Positions 46,450 to 58,175 of a stretch of DNA of 64,000 nucleotides are shown piece after piece. The position numbers were made by a program, and so were the translations under genes. This DNA comes from an uncultured Alphaproteobacteria bacterium (GTDB taxonomy: Bacteria > Pseudomonadota > Alphaproteobacteria > Paracaedibacterales > CAITNM01). The stretch spans positions 69,664 through 133,663 of the forward strand of contig CAITNM010000026.1 of the NCBI GenBank assembly GCA_903893805.1, in the 5' to 3' direction. The notes below the pieces were generated by a model. The model was not told where the DNA came from and made no database searches. It worked only from the letters and a program-made list of their open reading frames with translations. Position 1 is the first letter of the stretch; every line of letters starts with the position of its first letter.

Positions 46450-48351
46450 CTATTCCATCATCTGGGCGAGCATTTCTTGATTGATTTCAATGCTATGTCG
46501 TTCTTTTAAAGCATTAACTGTTGCAGCAGAAACATCTTCTTGGATCATGTTCTTCATACTGTTAACAAGTTTTTGTTTTTCTTCTTTTGTTGTCTTTGAA
46601 TTGCCAGTTTTTTGCAACATTACAACAGTAAAGCCACCTTTGTCGTTGTGGCCGGCAATGGCGGTTTCAGGCGCCAACATAAACGCTTTTTCAGCTAATG
46701 AAGCGGGCAAAATATCAGCTGATTTCCTGCCCTGCTTACTAATTTCAATTCTTGAAAGAGCGTGATTTGTAGACAAATTAACGTCATGTTTATTCGCCAA
46801 ACTTGTTAGAGCATTTAATGACTTTGCTTCAGATGCTATCGTTGAAGCAAGTTTTGATGCTGATTCAAGTTTTTGCTCTGTTTCCCAGTCTCGCTGAATT
46901 TTTTTTGCAATGTTTGTAAATGCTGGCGCATGAGCTGGGCTTACTTTATCTACACCTAAAACAAAAGCACCTTCGCCTGGAACATCAACGAAACCACTAT
47001 CTAGACCTTGCTCAACTGAAAATGCTTTTTCAAGTATTGCTAACTGCAAACCAGTTGGCTTGGAAAATACTAGTTTGCCTTCAGCATTTCTACCTTTTGC
47101 ATCGATGTTTTCAAATGTTTGAACAGTCAATTTCATTTTAGCGCCAACGTCACCTAATGTTTGACCTGCGGCAATTGCATCGTCAATTTGGCTGCGAATT
47201 TCATCAAGCTTGCCTGATTTTTGCTCTTGAATAAGTAGCGATTCAATCTCATTTTTAGCTTCTTCAAATGTTGCCGTGCGAGGGTGCTCAATTTTAGTTA
47301 CTTGGAAAATATGGAAGCCAAATCCAGTTGGAATAATTTTTGTGCATTCGCCAGGTTTAAGAGCGAAAACTGCTTTTGCCGCAAACTCAGGAATCTGTTC
47401 TTTAACAACTAAGCCTGGTTGCTCAAGTTCTCCATCGGGAATTTCTTTTGCAATTTTGGCAAGGGACACACCTTTTTTAGCCAGTGCAAAGGCTTTTTGG
47501 GCTTTGTCTTCTTGCGCATAAGTTAGGCGCATTAAATTGCGTCTTTCCGGGAATTTTAAATTTTCTCTTTGTGTATTGTATGATTTGCGAATTTGCTCAT
47601 CTGTAATGCCAAGAATATGGCGTAATACTTTGGTATCGAGAACAATAACAGTAATGTTACGCAGTTCAGGAACCATATATCTTTCTTTATATTGTTCGTA
47701 GAAACTTTCAAGCTGTTCAGTCGTTGCGGAGTATTCGAGTTTCATTTTATATGCATCAATTTCAACAAGCGTAAAAATCTTTTCGTGCGTTAGAGCATCA
47801 ATCAAAGTATTTTGGTAAAACTCAGGCAGACTTGCTCCTAAAGCAATGCTGGACAGTAATTGCTGACTTTGCATGCTGTAACGTGCTTCTTTTAAGAAAG
47901 TACGTTCGCTCATGCTTTGTTGGTGTAGCACACTTAAAAATTTCTTTGCATCGAATTTTCCATCGGTCTGGAAAGCAGGCATATTATGAATTTGATCTTT
48001 TAAAAGATCATCAGAAGCTCCCAAATCCATACGTTCAAGTTCATCGCTAAGGACCAGCTGACTAACAAGCCTATTGATTACAGAGGTATGCATACCAATG
48101 GCTTTCAATTGTTGTGCTGTAACTTTTCCTTTTGTCATCTCATTAATGCGAGCGCTTTCTTTTTGTAAATGGTGAGAAAGTTCCTCTTGACTAATGTCAT
48201 GCTTACCAACTTTCACAACAGGTCGGTGAGCAAAAAATTTATAGACAACATCGCCAATGCCCCACAGTCCAAAGCTTAAAACAATAAGCCAAAGCAATAT
48301 TTTAACAAACCACTTGTGGGCATGATCCCGAAATACTTGTAGCATATACAC
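46450..48351 (-). CDS. ppiD: Periplasmic chaperone / peptidylprolyl isomerase PpiD-like
   Basis: N-terminal TM anchor, SurA-N-like region and parvulin-like segment FGFHIFQV; 633 aa. Confidence 0.7.
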   Translation of the reverse strand: MYMLQVFRDHAHKWFVKILLWLIVLSFGLWGIGDVVYKFFAHRPVVKVGKHDISQEELSHHLQKESARINEMTKGKVTAQQLKAIGMHTSVINRLVSQLVLSDELERMDLGASDDLLKDQIHNMPAFQTDGKFDAKKFLSVLHQQSMSERTFLKEARYSMQSQQLLSSIALGASLPEFYQNTLIDALTHEKIFTLVEIDAYKMKLEYSATTEQLESFYEQYKERYMVPELRNITVIVLDTKVLRHILGITDEQIRKSYNTQRENLKFPERRNLMRLTYAQEDKAQKAFALAKKGVSLAKIAKEIPDGELEQPGLVVKEQIPEFAAKAVFALKPGECTKIIPTGFGFHIFQVTKIEHPRTATFEEAKNEIESLLIQEQKSGKLDEIRSQIDDAIAAGQTLGDVGAKMKLTVQTFENIDAKGRNAEGKLVFSKPTGLQLAILEKAFSVEQGLDSGFVDVPGEGAFVLGVDKVSPAHAPAFTNIAKKIQRDWETEQKLESASKLASTIASEAKSLNALTSLANKHDVNLSTNHALSRIEISKQGRKSADILPASLAEKAFMLAPETAIAGHNDKGGFTVVMLQKTGNSKTTKEEKQKLVNSMKNMIQEDVSAATVNALKERHSIEINQEMLAQMME

Positions 48352-48424
48352 ATAACATTTATAGATTTCAACTTACTAACACTACTGAAAAACTGCGAGT
48401 TCGGCAAGATTAAGCATTAGGGAG

Positions 48425-49105
48425 ATGGCAATGCAAAAATGGATTGTGGCAAATTGGAAGATGAATGGTTCTAAAAACCTTCTTAATGAATATAAAAATG
48501 CTTTTAAAAGCATTGAAAATCTTATAGTTTGCCCTCCTTTTATTTACTTAGAAGAATCTGCTGATCTCATTTTTGGAGCACAAAACGTTAATCAGCTAGC
48601 CAAAGGGGCTTGCACCGGTGAGATTAGCGTTCAAATGTTGGTTGAACGTGAGGTGAAATATTGTTTGGTTGGGCATTCGGAAAGACGTCAGCAGTTTCAT
48701 GAAACCAATAATATAGTTCGTTCAAAAGCTGAAGCTTGTTTAGGGGCGAACATTACCCCGATTATTTGCATAGGTGAAACCCTAGAACAATACGAGGCGA
48801 ATCAAACCACTGAAGTGCTTGAACGGCAGTTAGCTGAGTGTTCACCAAGTGAGTCAGGCTTTTGGATAGCTTATGAGCCTGTGTGGGCAATTGGCACGGG
48901 CAAGACTCCAACTACCGATGAAATTTCAGCTGTGCACTTTATGTTAAGAAAAAAATTACCGAACACCACATTATTGTATGGTGGATCGGTTAATGATGAT
49001 AATGCAGCGACGATCATTGCTATACCAAACGTTGACGGTGTCTTAGTTGGTGGTGCTAGCTTGGATGTAGCTGCCGTTGCAGTTATTTTGAAACATGCCA
49101 GATAA
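48425..49105 (+). CDS. tpiA: Triose-phosphate isomerase
   Basis: ANWKMNG, GHSERR and AYEPVWAIGTG. Confidence 0.9.
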   Translation: MAMQKWIVANWKMNGSKNLLNEYKNAFKSIENLIVCPPFIYLEESADLIFGAQNVNQLAKGACTGEISVQMLVEREVKYCLVGHSERRQQFHETNNIVRSKAEACLGANITPIICIGETLEQYEANQTTEVLERQLAECSPSESGFWIAYEPVWAIGTGKTPTTDEISAVHFMLRKKLPNTTLLYGGSVNDDNAATIIAIPNVDGVLVGGASLDVAAVAVILKHAR

Positions 49106-49150
49106 AAAAAATATGCTAAAATCAAAAAAAAAATTTGTGAAAAAATAATT

Positions 49151-50098
49151 ATGACAGTCGCATTTGTGTATCCAGGTCAAGGCTCCCAAGTTATTGGAAT
49201 GGCGAAAGATTTATATGATAATTTTGCCGTTGCTAAAAATGTGCTTGATGCTGTTTGTGATGTTCTAAAGCAAGACCTGAAAACGATAATGTTTGAAGGA
49301 CCTGCCGATGAATTAACATTAACAGAAAACACGCAGCCGGCGTTACTTGCCGCAAGCATGATGGCGCAAAAAGTGTTAGAAGCAGAACTTGAAAAACCTA
49401 TTCAGAATTTGGCGAGTGCTGTGGCTGGGCACTCTTTGGGTGAATATTCAGCATTAACGGCAGCAGGTGCTTTTTCATTAGAGAATGCAGCTGTTCTTGT
49501 AAGATTACGCGGCAATGCAATGCAAAAGGCAGTGCCAGTTGGGCAAGGGGCTATGGCAGCAATTCTTGGGCTTGAAATGGATCAGGTAGAAGAGCTTTTG
49601 CGTAATGTGCCAAATAAAAATTGGGTTGCACAGATTGCTAATGATAATTCCCCAGGGCAAATAGTGGTGAGCGGTCATACCGAAGCAATTACATGGATTA
49701 TTGAACAAGCAAAAGAAAAAGGCGCAAAGCGAGCACTTTCGCTGCCTGTAAGTGCTCCGTTTCATAGCTTACTTATGGAGTCAGCAGCACTAGTGATGGA
49801 GAAAGCTTTAAGCACTGTGAATACGAACCAACCAAAGGTTAACGTGTATGCAAACGTGACAGCCATGACTATAGAGCATCCTGCAGAAATCGCACCGCTT
49901 TTGGTAGCGCAGATTACTGGCAGAGTACGTTGGACAGAATCGATTGCTAACATGCATAAGCATGGAATTAATACTTTCGTTGAAATAGGCACTGGTAAAG
50001 TGCTTTCAGGACTGATTAAGCGTATCGCTCCAGAGGCTTCCGTATATAATTTTGGCAATAAAGATGAATTACAAACCATTACAGCTTTATGGGCGTAA
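49151..50098 (+). CDS. fabD: Malonyl-CoA:ACP transacylase
   Basis: FVYPGQGSQ, GHSLGEYSAL and SAPFHS. Confidence 0.9.
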   Translation: MTVAFVYPGQGSQVIGMAKDLYDNFAVAKNVLDAVCDVLKQDLKTIMFEGPADELTLTENTQPALLAASMMAQKVLEAELEKPIQNLASAVAGHSLGEYSALTAAGAFSLENAAVLVRLRGNAMQKAVPVGQGAMAAILGLEMDQVEELLRNVPNKNWVAQIANDNSPGQIVVSGHTEAITWIIEQAKEKGAKRALSLPVSAPFHSLLMESAALVMEKALSTVNTNQPKVNVYANVTAMTIEHPAEIAPLLVAQITGRVRWTESIANMHKHGINTFVEIGTGKVLSGLIKRIAPEASVYNFGNKDELQTITALWA

Positions 50099-50106
50099 TG
50101 CATTAA

Positions 50107-50394
50107 GTGTTATTATTTGATGATATACCTCCATTTGCGCAAAAAAACGAGATAGGATTTGCATTTTGGGTAAGGGTTACACCAAAGGCTTCTAAGAATC
50201 GTATTGGAGATTTGATGGAAGCAACCATGGGGCGAAAAATGCTTAAGGTGTATGTAACATCTGTGCCTGCAGATAATCTAGCTAATATTGCAGTTGTTGA
50301 AGTGTTGTCTGATTATTTGCATAAGTCGAAATCAAAAATTCAAATTATTAGTGGTCATACAATGCGTGAAAAGCGCATTCAGGTTTTGATGTAA
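50107..50394 (+). CDS. DUF167 (YggU) family protein
   Basis: VRVTPKASKNRI...LKVYVTSVPADNLANIAV...ISGHTMREKRIQV. GTG start is uncertain. Confidence 0.65.
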   Translation: MLLFDDIPPFAQKNEIGFAFWVRVTPKASKNRIGDLMEATMGRKMLKVYVTSVPADNLANIAVVEVLSDYLHKSKSKIQIISGHTMREKRIQVLM

Positions 50395-50506
50395 GGCAGT
50401 GATATTATTGATTGAATCAACTACTTTGTGGCCGTATATAGTATTGCGGCCATTTTCCCATCCAGCGTTTACCTATTAGTAAGGTTTTCTATGTACTATA
50501 AGACTT

Positions 50507-51910
50507 ATGAAAATAGGAGCAAACATAGAAGCAAGGGTATCAGCTACCCTAGCCATGACTCCCAGGCTGCAGCAAGCTATTCGTTTGTTGCAACTGTCGG
50601 TAACCGAACTTAGTGTTTATGTAAATGAACAGGTGTCGGAAAATCCTCTATTAACTATTGAAACAGGTGACGAGTCATTGCCTACTCTTCAAGAAGACCC
50701 ACAGGAATTTTCTTTAGATTGCGATGATGAAACCCCAAATGATAGTTTGCAGTTCGAAGAGCGTGATCCAATGCAAGAGGGTAACGCTCAAAATCCTCGT
50801 CTTCGTTGTGAGCAAACTCTTCAAGAGTATTTACAGTTACAATTATCATTAGTAGCAACTAATAACGATGAATATTTAACGGGATTAGTTCTAATTAATT
50901 GCTTGAATGCTTATGGCTATCTTGAAGTTGGTGCACAAGAAATTGCAAATCAATTTGGAGCAGAGCTCGAGCTTGTTGAAAAAATGATCGCTACTATGCA
51001 AAAATTTGACCCTATAGGAATTTTTTCAAGAAATGTTGAGGAGTGTTTAAGAGTACAGCTCCAGGAAAAAAAAGCTTTAACTCCAGAAATGGATCTTGTT
51101 CTTCAAAATCTAGCGGGATTACTTCAAGGTAGTCCTAGTGTGTTGGCTCGAAAGTGTAAATTAAGCATTGAGAATTTGCAAAAGTGTTTATCTAAGTTGC
51201 GAGAATTAAATCCACGTCCTGCTTCAGGATTTTTAACAAATACATACGATGACAACGTTATTCCTGACGGATTTATTCACAAAAAGGCTGATAATACTTT
51301 TGTTTTTGAGCTAAATATTCATACTCTTCCTCAGGTGCTTTTGAACAGTCCTTACTACCACGAGTTGCGTGGTAAGCTGACGAAACCTGATGAAAAGCAG
51401 TTCTTGCAAGCGAAATTTGCTCATGCAAACTGGTTGATGCAGGCTCTCAACCAACGGTTAGTTACTTTGAAACGAGTGGCTAGTGCTATTACCCAACATC
51501 AACAAGAATTTTTTTCAAAGGGTATGCATGGGTTGAAATCTTTGACCTTAAAAACAATTGCTGATCAACTTGATATGCATGAAAGCACAGTAAGTCGTAT
51601 CACAACGGCAAAGTACGTTAGTACTCCACGAGGAACTTTTGAATTAAAATTTTTCTTCAGTCAGTCCATAACTTCAATTTCTGAAGGACAGGAAGACGTT
51701 TCAGCAAAGTCCGTTCAAAATGCGATTGCTGATTTTGTTAACAATGAGTCGCAAACCTCTCCGTTATCTGATGAACAATTGGTTGGAAAATTGGGCGAAA
51801 AAGGAATGCTTGTAGCCAGAAGAACTATATCTAAGTATCGCAAAATCTTGAAAATTCCATCATCTCAAGAAAGGCGTAATTACTATACCTTAGGTCTTAA
51901 GAAGGCATGA
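50507..51910 (+). CDS. rpoN: RNA polymerase sigma-54 factor
   Basis: LTPRLQQAIRLLQLS region I, HTH, and RpoN box ARRTISKYR. Confidence 0.95.
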   Translation: MKIGANIEARVSATLAMTPRLQQAIRLLQLSVTELSVYVNEQVSENPLLTIETGDESLPTLQEDPQEFSLDCDDETPNDSLQFEERDPMQEGNAQNPRLRCEQTLQEYLQLQLSLVATNNDEYLTGLVLINCLNAYGYLEVGAQEIANQFGAELELVEKMIATMQKFDPIGIFSRNVEECLRVQLQEKKALTPEMDLVLQNLAGLLQGSPSVLARKCKLSIENLQKCLSKLRELNPRPASGFLTNTYDDNVIPDGFIHKKADNTFVFELNIHTLPQVLLNSPYYHELRGKLTKPDEKQFLQAKFAHANWLMQALNQRLVTLKRVASAITQHQQEFFSKGMHGLKSLTLKTIADQLDMHESTVSRITTAKYVSTPRGTFELKFFFSQSITSISEGQEDVSAKSVQNAIADFVNNESQTSPLSDEQLVGKLGEKGMLVARRTISKYRKILKIPSSQERRNYYTLGLKKA

Positions 51911-51912
51911 TA

Positions 51913-53004
51913 CTAACGATCATCTAGCAGAGTGGTTAGCCAATATGCGCTTACAAAAGTTACAATTGGTGGAATCCATGCTGCTGCTATTATCGGAATT
52001 TTATGAGCTATTCCATAAGCGTGGATGATGTGTTCAAAAAAATGCATCAAAAAAGAAAATATAATGCTAGCTCCAATAATCATGCTGAACGATTTGTTTC
52101 TTGTTGGAACCAAACAAAAACTTGCAGCTAGAAATATAAAACCAATCATCATGCCAATTTTTGCAATCTGTTGATGCCATAGCATAGCGTATGAACTAGC
52201 ATTTAGCCCTGCGGTTTCTAACATTTTAATAAATGCAGGTGTTTGAAAAAAAGAAATTGTTTCAGGTGGGGCGGTTGATTGTTGAATTTGTTCCATGGTG
52301 ATAGTTGTTGACTCAACATGGTCCTCAAGGTTTTCTTGGTGATGATCAGAAATAATATTGACGTTATGCATATGCCATTTTTGATTTTCTAGTTCAGCAA
52401 CTTCAGCATCAACTCGCCTTAAAAAATCTCCATTTTTACTAAACTGGAAAATCATTAAATGTTTAAATTGTTTTTGCATAACGTTGAAGTTTTTTGCGTG
52501 AATAATATTTTGAGAGTCAGAAAAATTCTCTCTAAGCCATAGACCTGTATCAGTAAATGAAACGCTATATGGTTTTTTTTGGAAAATTTTTTCCTCTAAA
52601 ATAACCATTCTTCCAAAAAGTGCTGATCGAACAGGGTCAAGTACGACAATATTTAACAATCCTAAAAAAACAACCACAATCGATATGCCGCTTAAAAATT
52701 GCAATCGAGATACTCCAAAGCTAAACATCACAACAAAATTTTGTGATTGAGCTAGTCGTAGAAAGCATGCAAGAGCAGCAAAAAAAGTAATTGATGGCAA
52801 CAGTTGATCCAGAATTTTTGGCAATTTTAAAAATGCTATTTGAAAAAGAATTGAAAAAGGCACGTCATGTTGCATGGTGCGTTTTGTAAGGTCGATCATT
52901 TCAAAAAGGCTAATAACTAAAGCTACAGTTAAAAAAATAAGCCCAAACCAAAATAAAAAATTTCGACTGATATACCCATTGATGGTTGAGATTAAATACC
53001 ACAT
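51913..53004 (-). CDS. lptG: LPS export ABC permease LptG
   Basis: YjgP/YjgQ family topology; second gene of an overlapping lptF-lptG pair. Confidence 0.8.
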   Translation of the reverse strand: MWYLISTINGYISRNFLFWFGLIFLTVALVISLFEMIDLTKRTMQHDVPFSILFQIAFLKLPKILDQLLPSITFFAALACFLRLAQSQNFVVMFSFGVSRLQFLSGISIVVVFLGLLNIVVLDPVRSALFGRMVILEEKIFQKKPYSVSFTDTGLWLRENFSDSQNIIHAKNFNVMQKQFKHLMIFQFSKNGDFLRRVDAEVAELENQKWHMHNVNIISDHHQENLEDHVESTTITMEQIQQSTAPPETISFFQTPAFIKMLETAGLNASSYAMLWHQQIAKIGMMIGFIFLAASFCLVPTRNKSFSMIIGASIIFSFLMHFFEHIIHAYGIAHKIPIIAAAWIPPIVTFVSAYWLTTLLDDR

Positions 53005-54125
53005 CGTTCAAGCAGCCTCTGTATGGTGTGATGAAATTTTTCATATCTTAAAGCAATGAATGCTAGCACTAGAGATGTGATAACTAGACCATATGCAAGC
53101 ATTGCTGAAAATTGGAATCGAAGCTGCAATTGCAACAAGTTTAATATTAGCCACTGAAAAAGTACTCCAGCCAAAATAAGGTAAAAAATTCGTTTGCGAC
53201 GTAATCGCCTTGAAGGACGATTAACCACCATTGCTAATGCTACCATCAGCATATTTATTAAACATAAAAATGGTAATAGAATTCTCTGATGTCCTTCTGC
53301 AGCCATGCGTTTTTGTAATTTTAAATTTTCTGAATTTTCACCGGTTACCTGAAAAAGTTCTCGTATGTCTTTTTCATAAGGTTTTAAGTTTCGTGTATTC
53401 ACAATCGTTGTGAATGCATCAAAATTGTAGATAAGTTCATCAAATTCAAATGATTGCACTGTTTTTTTACTGTCTTTTTCTTGCCTAGTTCCATTATGCA
53501 GAATTAAAACATATTGATCGTTTATCTTCTTCAATATCCCTTCTTTAGCAAATATGGTGTACGGTTTTTTTGATTTCCCATCTGCATGCTCACCTGTATC
53601 ATGGATAAAAACTCCCTCAAACTCTTTTGCTGATCTGCGTTTTTCTACAAAAATTGTTAAGCTTTTTATAACATTGAAAGACCCATCTCTCACGATTGAT
53701 GAAGAAAATTGATTGCGAAGCTGAAATTCTTGGGCGCGGAATGCTCTATAGGCGTTTGGAATAGTGAAAATATTTAAAAAAAGTAATGTTAGCGTTAATG
53801 TTCCAGCCAAAGCCATTCCAGGATGAAGAATTTGCCATGGGCTTTTTCCCAGGGCCTGCATAACTTGTAATTCATTATCAAGGGTTAACTTTCCAAATGC
53901 TATTAGTGCCCCAATCAACGTACAAACAGGAGCTACCTTTACAAACATATCAGGCAGTAAATATACAATTAATGAGAAATAGCCTTGTAAAGAGACGTTG
54001 TGATGTACGATTACTTCAATGAACTTTAATGACTGCGTCAACCAAAGCAATACAACCAAAATTGTAGCTAAAACACCGATTGACGCGCAAAGACGTTTTA
54101 AAATATATGACGACGTGATAAACAT
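52992..54125 (-). CDS. lptF: LPS export ABC permease LptF
   Basis: YjgP/YjgQ family topology; first gene of the pair. Confidence 0.8.
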   Translation of the reverse strand: MFITSSYILKRLCASIGVLATILVVLLWLTQSLKFIEVIVHHNVSLQGYFSLIVYLLPDMFVKVAPVCTLIGALIAFGKLTLDNELQVMQALGKSPWQILHPGMALAGTLTLTLLFLNIFTIPNAYRAFRAQEFQLRNQFSSSIVRDGSFNVIKSLTIFVEKRRSAKEFEGVFIHDTGEHADGKSKKPYTIFAKEGILKKINDQYVLILHNGTRQEKDSKKTVQSFEFDELIYNFDAFTTIVNTRNLKPYEKDIRELFQVTGENSENLKLQKRMAAEGHQRILLPFLCLINMLMVALAMVVNRPSRRLRRKRIFYLILAGVLFQWLILNLLQLQLRFQFSAMLAYGLVITSLVLAFIALRYEKFHHTIQRLLERCGI

Positions 54126-54164
54126 ATATCTATATGTACAATTAATTTTTGGCTTTTTCTAGGC

Positions 54165-55487
54165 ATGTTTGCATTTATCCCTCTAGTGTTCTTTTTGAAT
54201 TTGTCGTTTTGTCCTGCATATTCAAGTATAAAATCTGATCAAGCCTTGATTGCGGCTGTAGTGAATCAGCATGCCATTACTGAGCGTGAGCTTGAGTTGC
54301 GTTTAGATTTCGCACTGGCCACTCTTAACATGCCAAATACTAAAGAGTCAAAAGATGCAATGCGACATCAGGTATTGCAAAACTTAATCGTTGAAAAATT
54401 GCAAGAATCCTCAGCAAAAGAAGCAGAGATTAAAATTTCGGAAAAAGAAATAGATAAATCGTTAGAAAATCTTGCTCAAGAAAATGGTATGACCATAGAG
54501 CAAATGAAAGAGCGCTTTAAAACTATGGGAATAAAAATTGAAACTCTTAGAAGTAGAATGCATGCACAGGTCATTTGGTCTAGATTTATTCGTGCCTTGT
54601 TTGGGAGTCAGGTGCGTGTAACGAATAGTGATGTTGAAAAAGAGTTAGAAAAAGTTAAGCGCACATTGGAAACAGATCAATATGAATTGGTTGAGATTGT
54701 TTTGCTAATAGACGAAAAAAATCGTGCAAAAAGCAAGCAAGATGCTGATCGTTTGTATGCACAAGTGAATAAGCCAATGACGAATTTCCGTTTGGTTGCT
54801 CAGCAATTTGGTGCACAAAGTGGTTATGTTGGTTGGAGAACTATCCGTCAAATGGATGATGAAGTGGCTAAAATTGTTCAAAATTCATCAGTAGGTGATG
54901 TAACAAGGCCTATTGAAACTCAGAATACTTATAAAATTGTTAAGCTTCTGGATAAGAAATTGGCTGGACAAGGATCATTTCGTAGCCGAAAAATTTCAGT
55001 GGCTAAGGTAGGAATTCAACTTCCAGAAGAAATGAATGAAGAAAATATGATGATTTTAGAAGCTGTAGTTGCTCATCTAAAAAATGCACGAGGCTGTAAA
55101 GAGTTTCAGCAAGTAGGAAAAGATGCAAATGGACAAACAGAAATAATAGAAAAACAACCAATGACGACTTTCCCGGAACCTTTGCAAGTTATTCTGGATA
55201 AAGTTGGAGTTAACCAAGTCGCAGGGCCAATTCAAGATGAGAAAGGTGCAAGCTTGTACATGGTTTGTTCTGTTGAAAACCCTGAAAAAGACTTATTGCC
55301 TACAAAAGCAGAAATTAAAGAAGGCCTTGAACAAAGAGAATTTTCAAGACAGGCTGGTCGACTGCTCAATAAGCTTATGGCAACTGCACGGATAGCAATT
55401 ACTAATGAAGATACCAAAGAAATTAAATATGGCCTTAAGAAAGTTGAGTCTGCTGGATCTGAGCCAGTTCCATCACCCGCTCCCTAA
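54165..55487 (+). CDS. surA: SurA-like periplasmic chaperone / peptidylprolyl isomerase
   Basis: Signal peptide, SurA N-terminal-like helical region and a parvulin-like domain. The 3' end overlaps the convergent ptsP by 53 nt. Confidence 0.65.
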   Translation: MFAFIPLVFFLNLSFCPAYSSIKSDQALIAAVVNQHAITERELELRLDFALATLNMPNTKESKDAMRHQVLQNLIVEKLQESSAKEAEIKISEKEIDKSLENLAQENGMTIEQMKERFKTMGIKIETLRSRMHAQVIWSRFIRALFGSQVRVTNSDVEKELEKVKRTLETDQYELVEIVLLIDEKNRAKSKQDADRLYAQVNKPMTNFRLVAQQFGAQSGYVGWRTIRQMDDEVAKIVQNSSVGDVTRPIETQNTYKIVKLLDKKLAGQGSFRSRKISVAKVGIQLPEEMNEENMMILEAVVAHLKNARGCKEFQQVGKDANGQTEIIEKQPMTTFPEPLQVILDKVGVNQVAGPIQDEKGASLYMVCSVENPEKDLLPTKAEIKEGLEQREFSRQAGRLLNKLMATARIAITNEDTKEIKYGLKKVESAGSEPVPSPAP

Positions 55488-57186
55488 TGCTTAGGTGAGC
55501 GGCCTTATAAGCAAAAGGAGTATCGCTCAAACAATCGCTCATGCAGTCTTGAATAGACCAAATATCTAAGCTTTGCACCATATTTTCAATAGCTTCAACA
55601 GAATTAGGATTGATTGAAAAATGGCGCAACCCTATTCCTAGCAAAGCCATTGCTTCCAGAGGTCGGCTTGCCATTTCACCGCACAGGCTTACACTAACGT
55701 TCTTTGCATTGGCCTGGTCTATAATCGTCTTTAACATTTGCATAAAAGCCTTGGAAAGAAAATCATAACGTCGACTCATAACCGCATCAGCTCGATCAAT
55801 GGCGTAAAAAAATTGAAATAAATCATTACTTCCAATGGAAATAAAATCAACTAAATCTAAAAACTGATTGAGCTGGAATAGAACTGATGGCACTTCAATC
55901 ATTGCGCCAATACGGATAATTTTAGGTACTTCATGACCTAAATTTTTTTCGCGATCTAGCTCTTTTTGTATGAGAGCTCGCACAAAGCGCATTTCCTGCG
56001 CTTCACTAATCATCGGAAACATTATATGCAATGGTAAATCTGGATAATCACAGCTTGCACGGGCCCGAATCATTGCCCGTAATTGCAGACGTATGAGCGA
56101 CGGTCTTTGCAAAGTAAATCTTGAGTTTCTCCATCCTTTTTGAGTATTTTTAAAGCTTTTGTGAAGCGATTGAAATGTTTTATCTCCTCCAACGTCAAGT
56201 GCTCGAAAAACAACAGATTTTTTTTTGGCCTTATTCATGACTTGCAAGTACAGCCTAGTTTGTGTTTCCACATCAGGCCACCGCTCACTCATCATAAATG
56301 GAATTTCTGTCCTGTATAACCCAACTCCTTTGATTGTAGAGCGTTCAAGACATTCTAAGTCTTCGCTCAAATTTGCATTGATAAGTAAATGTACTGGCGT
56401 TCCGTCTCGTGAAATAACAGTTCCATTATTAGCTGCGTCAGAGGGTTTACTAAACTGTGGTTTTTTAGAAGTATCATAATTTGCGATTACCGCACTTGGA
56501 GGACGTACATAAATACGTCCTAAATCACCATCAACCAACAGTTCATCGTGATTGTTTATAAATTTTTTTAACTCAATTACTCCGCCAACAACTGGAATTC
56601 CTCTGGATCGCGCAATAATCATTCCATGAGATAAAAAGCTATTATCTTCTACTACCATGGCCACTAAGTTTGCTTGATCAAATTGCATCATTTCAACTGG
56701 AGAAATAGTTTTTGCACACAAAACAATAGGTTTTTTTTCGCTAAGATAAATAGCTTTTCCTTCTAAGCACTGACGAACAAGTTGAGTGATTCCCTTAACC
56801 TCTTGAAAGCGTGCATGCCAAAAGCTATCGCCGCCAAAAGCTATATCTATATCTTCTAAAACTTTATCAAGTGCATGTGTAATGATTAAATTGTCGTCAA
56901 TTTTATCAATGACTCGTTGTTGCCAGGCAGGATCTTGCAGTAAGGTTTTTTGTACTAATATCAATTCCTGATTTTGCTCTTGCCGAATTGCAATATTGCT
57001 ATCGCATAATTCTACAGCTTTATTCACAGCTTGAAGAAAAATTTTTACCTTTTGTTCAATTGATAACTGAATATCACCGGCGTACTTTGGGTCATACATA
57101 TATGCATGTCCATGAGCGATGCCTAAATTTAGGCTCATTCCTTCAATAGTGATTTGAGGTTGAGTAAATGAAGTTATAGACTTCAT
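55435..57186 (-). CDS. ptsP: Phosphoenolpyruvate-protein phosphotransferase (PTS enzyme I), no GAF domain
   Basis: Phospho-His region [26 protein letters not shown], and [10 protein letters not shown] in the PEP-utilising barrel. Confidence 0.85.
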   Translation of the reverse strand: MKSITSFTQPQITIEGMSLNLGIAHGHAYMYDPKYAGDIQLSIEQKVKIFLQAVNKAVELCDSNIAIRQEQNQELILVQKTLLQDPAWQQRVIDKIDDNLIITHALDKVLEDIDIAFGGDSFWHARFQEVKGITQLVRQCLEGKAIYLSEKKPIVLCAKTISPVEMMQFDQANLVAMVVEDNSFLSHGMIIARSRGIPVVGGVIELKKFINNHDELLVDGDLGRIYVRPPSAVIANYDTSKKPQFSKPSDAANNGTVISRDGTPVHLLINANLSEDLECLERSTIKGVGLYRTEIPFMMSERWPDVETQTRLYLQVMNKAKKKSVVFRALDVGGDKTFQSLHKSFKNTQKGWRNSRFTLQRPSLIRLQLRAMIRARASCDYPDLPLHIMFPMISEAQEMRFVRALIQKELDREKNLGHEVPKIIRIGAMIEVPSVLFQLNQFLDLVDFISIGSNDLFQFFYAIDRADAVMSRRYDFLSKAFMQMLKTIIDQANAKNVSVSLCGEMASRPLEAMALLGIGLRHFSINPNSVEAIENMVQSLDIWSIQDCMSDCLSDTPFAYKAAHLSIRERVMELAQIQQTQLS

Positions 57187-58175
57187 GAGCAGGGAAGGCC
57201 TAGGTATTCATATCCTGTGGGTGTTAAAACTCTCCCGCGGCTTGTTCGTTGTATAAGTCCGAGCTGAATTAAATAAGGCTCTACGACTTCTTCAATAGTG
57301 TCTGTTTGCTCAGCAAGGTATGCTGCTAATGTTTCAACGCCGACCGGACCGCCATTATAGTGCTTAGCCATTGCTTGTAGATAGCGTAAATCTTGTTGAT
57401 CTAGTCCTTTTTGATCAACTTCTAGTCGTGTTAATGTCTGATTTGCTGTTTGTTTGTTGATGTGATTGTTTGCATAGATCATTGCAAAATCGCGTATACG
57501 CCTTAAAAGGCGACCAGAAATTCTAGGAGTCCCACGACATCTTGATGAAATTTCTAAAGCAGCATCAGCATCAATGCTCACGTTTAAAATCTTAGCGGCT
57601 CTTTGAATAATTTCTGCAAGTTCATGATGATCATAAAACTGCAAGCGTAAAGGAATGCCAAATCGTTCCCTTAGCGGTTGTGTTAGCAGACCTGATCGTG
57701 TAGTTGCTCCTACTAAGGTAAATCTCGGCAGATCTAATCGTATTGATCGTGCTGCTGGGCCTTCGCCGATCATAACGTCAAGCTTAAAATCTTCAATTGC
57801 TGAATAAAGCACTTCTTCAACTGCAGGATTCAACCGATGGATTTCATCAATGAATAATACATCATTCGGCTGTAAATTTGTGAGAATTGCTGCCAAATCT
57901 CCAGCTTTTGAAATTACCGGCCCTGATGTGGTTTTGAACCCAACACCCATCTCGCGTGCAATAATTTGTGCAAGAGTTGTTTTTCCTAGGCCAGGTGGTC
58001 CATGCAAAAGAACATGATCAAGTGCTTCTTCACGTTTTTTTGCAGCATTTATGTAAACAAGCAGATTTTCTCGTAACGCTTGTTGACCAATAAAATCATT
58101 AAGAATTGTTGGCCGAATGGTTGCTTCCCAATCGTCCTCAAATGATAACTCAGCATCAACCAAACGTTCAGCCAT
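57183..58175 (-). CDS. ruvB: Holliday junction branch migration helicase RuvB
   Basis: [19 protein letters not shown] and the RuvB C-terminal domain. Confidence 0.95.
   Translation of the reverse strand: MAERLVDAELSFEDDWEATIRPTILNDFIGQQALRENLLVYINAAKKREEALDHVLLHGPPGLGKTTLAQIIAREMGVGFKTTSGPVISKAGDLAAILTNLQPNDVLFIDEIHRLNPAVEEVLYSAIEDFKLDVMIGEGPAARSIRLDLPRFTLVGATTRSGLLTQPLRERFGIPLRLQFYDHHELAEIIQRAAKILNVSIDADAALEISSRCRGTPRISGRLLRRIRDFAMIYANNHINKQTANQTLTRLEVDQKGLDQQDLRYLQAMAKHYNGGPVGVETLAAYLAEQTDTIEEVVEPYLIQLGLIQRTSRGRVLTPTGYEYLGLPCS

Noticed and set aside
50428-50613. 61-aa ORF overlapping the rpoN start
   Set aside because: It is out of frame with a well-supported rpoN N-terminus (LTPRLQQAIRLLQLS) and has no motif.
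55435-55487. 53-nt convergent overlap of the surA and ptsP 3' ends
   Set aside because: It is real in the sequence, but both C-terminal tails are unconserved-looking extensions. Such tail overlaps are common in compact genomes. It is noted within the ptsP finding rather than as a system.
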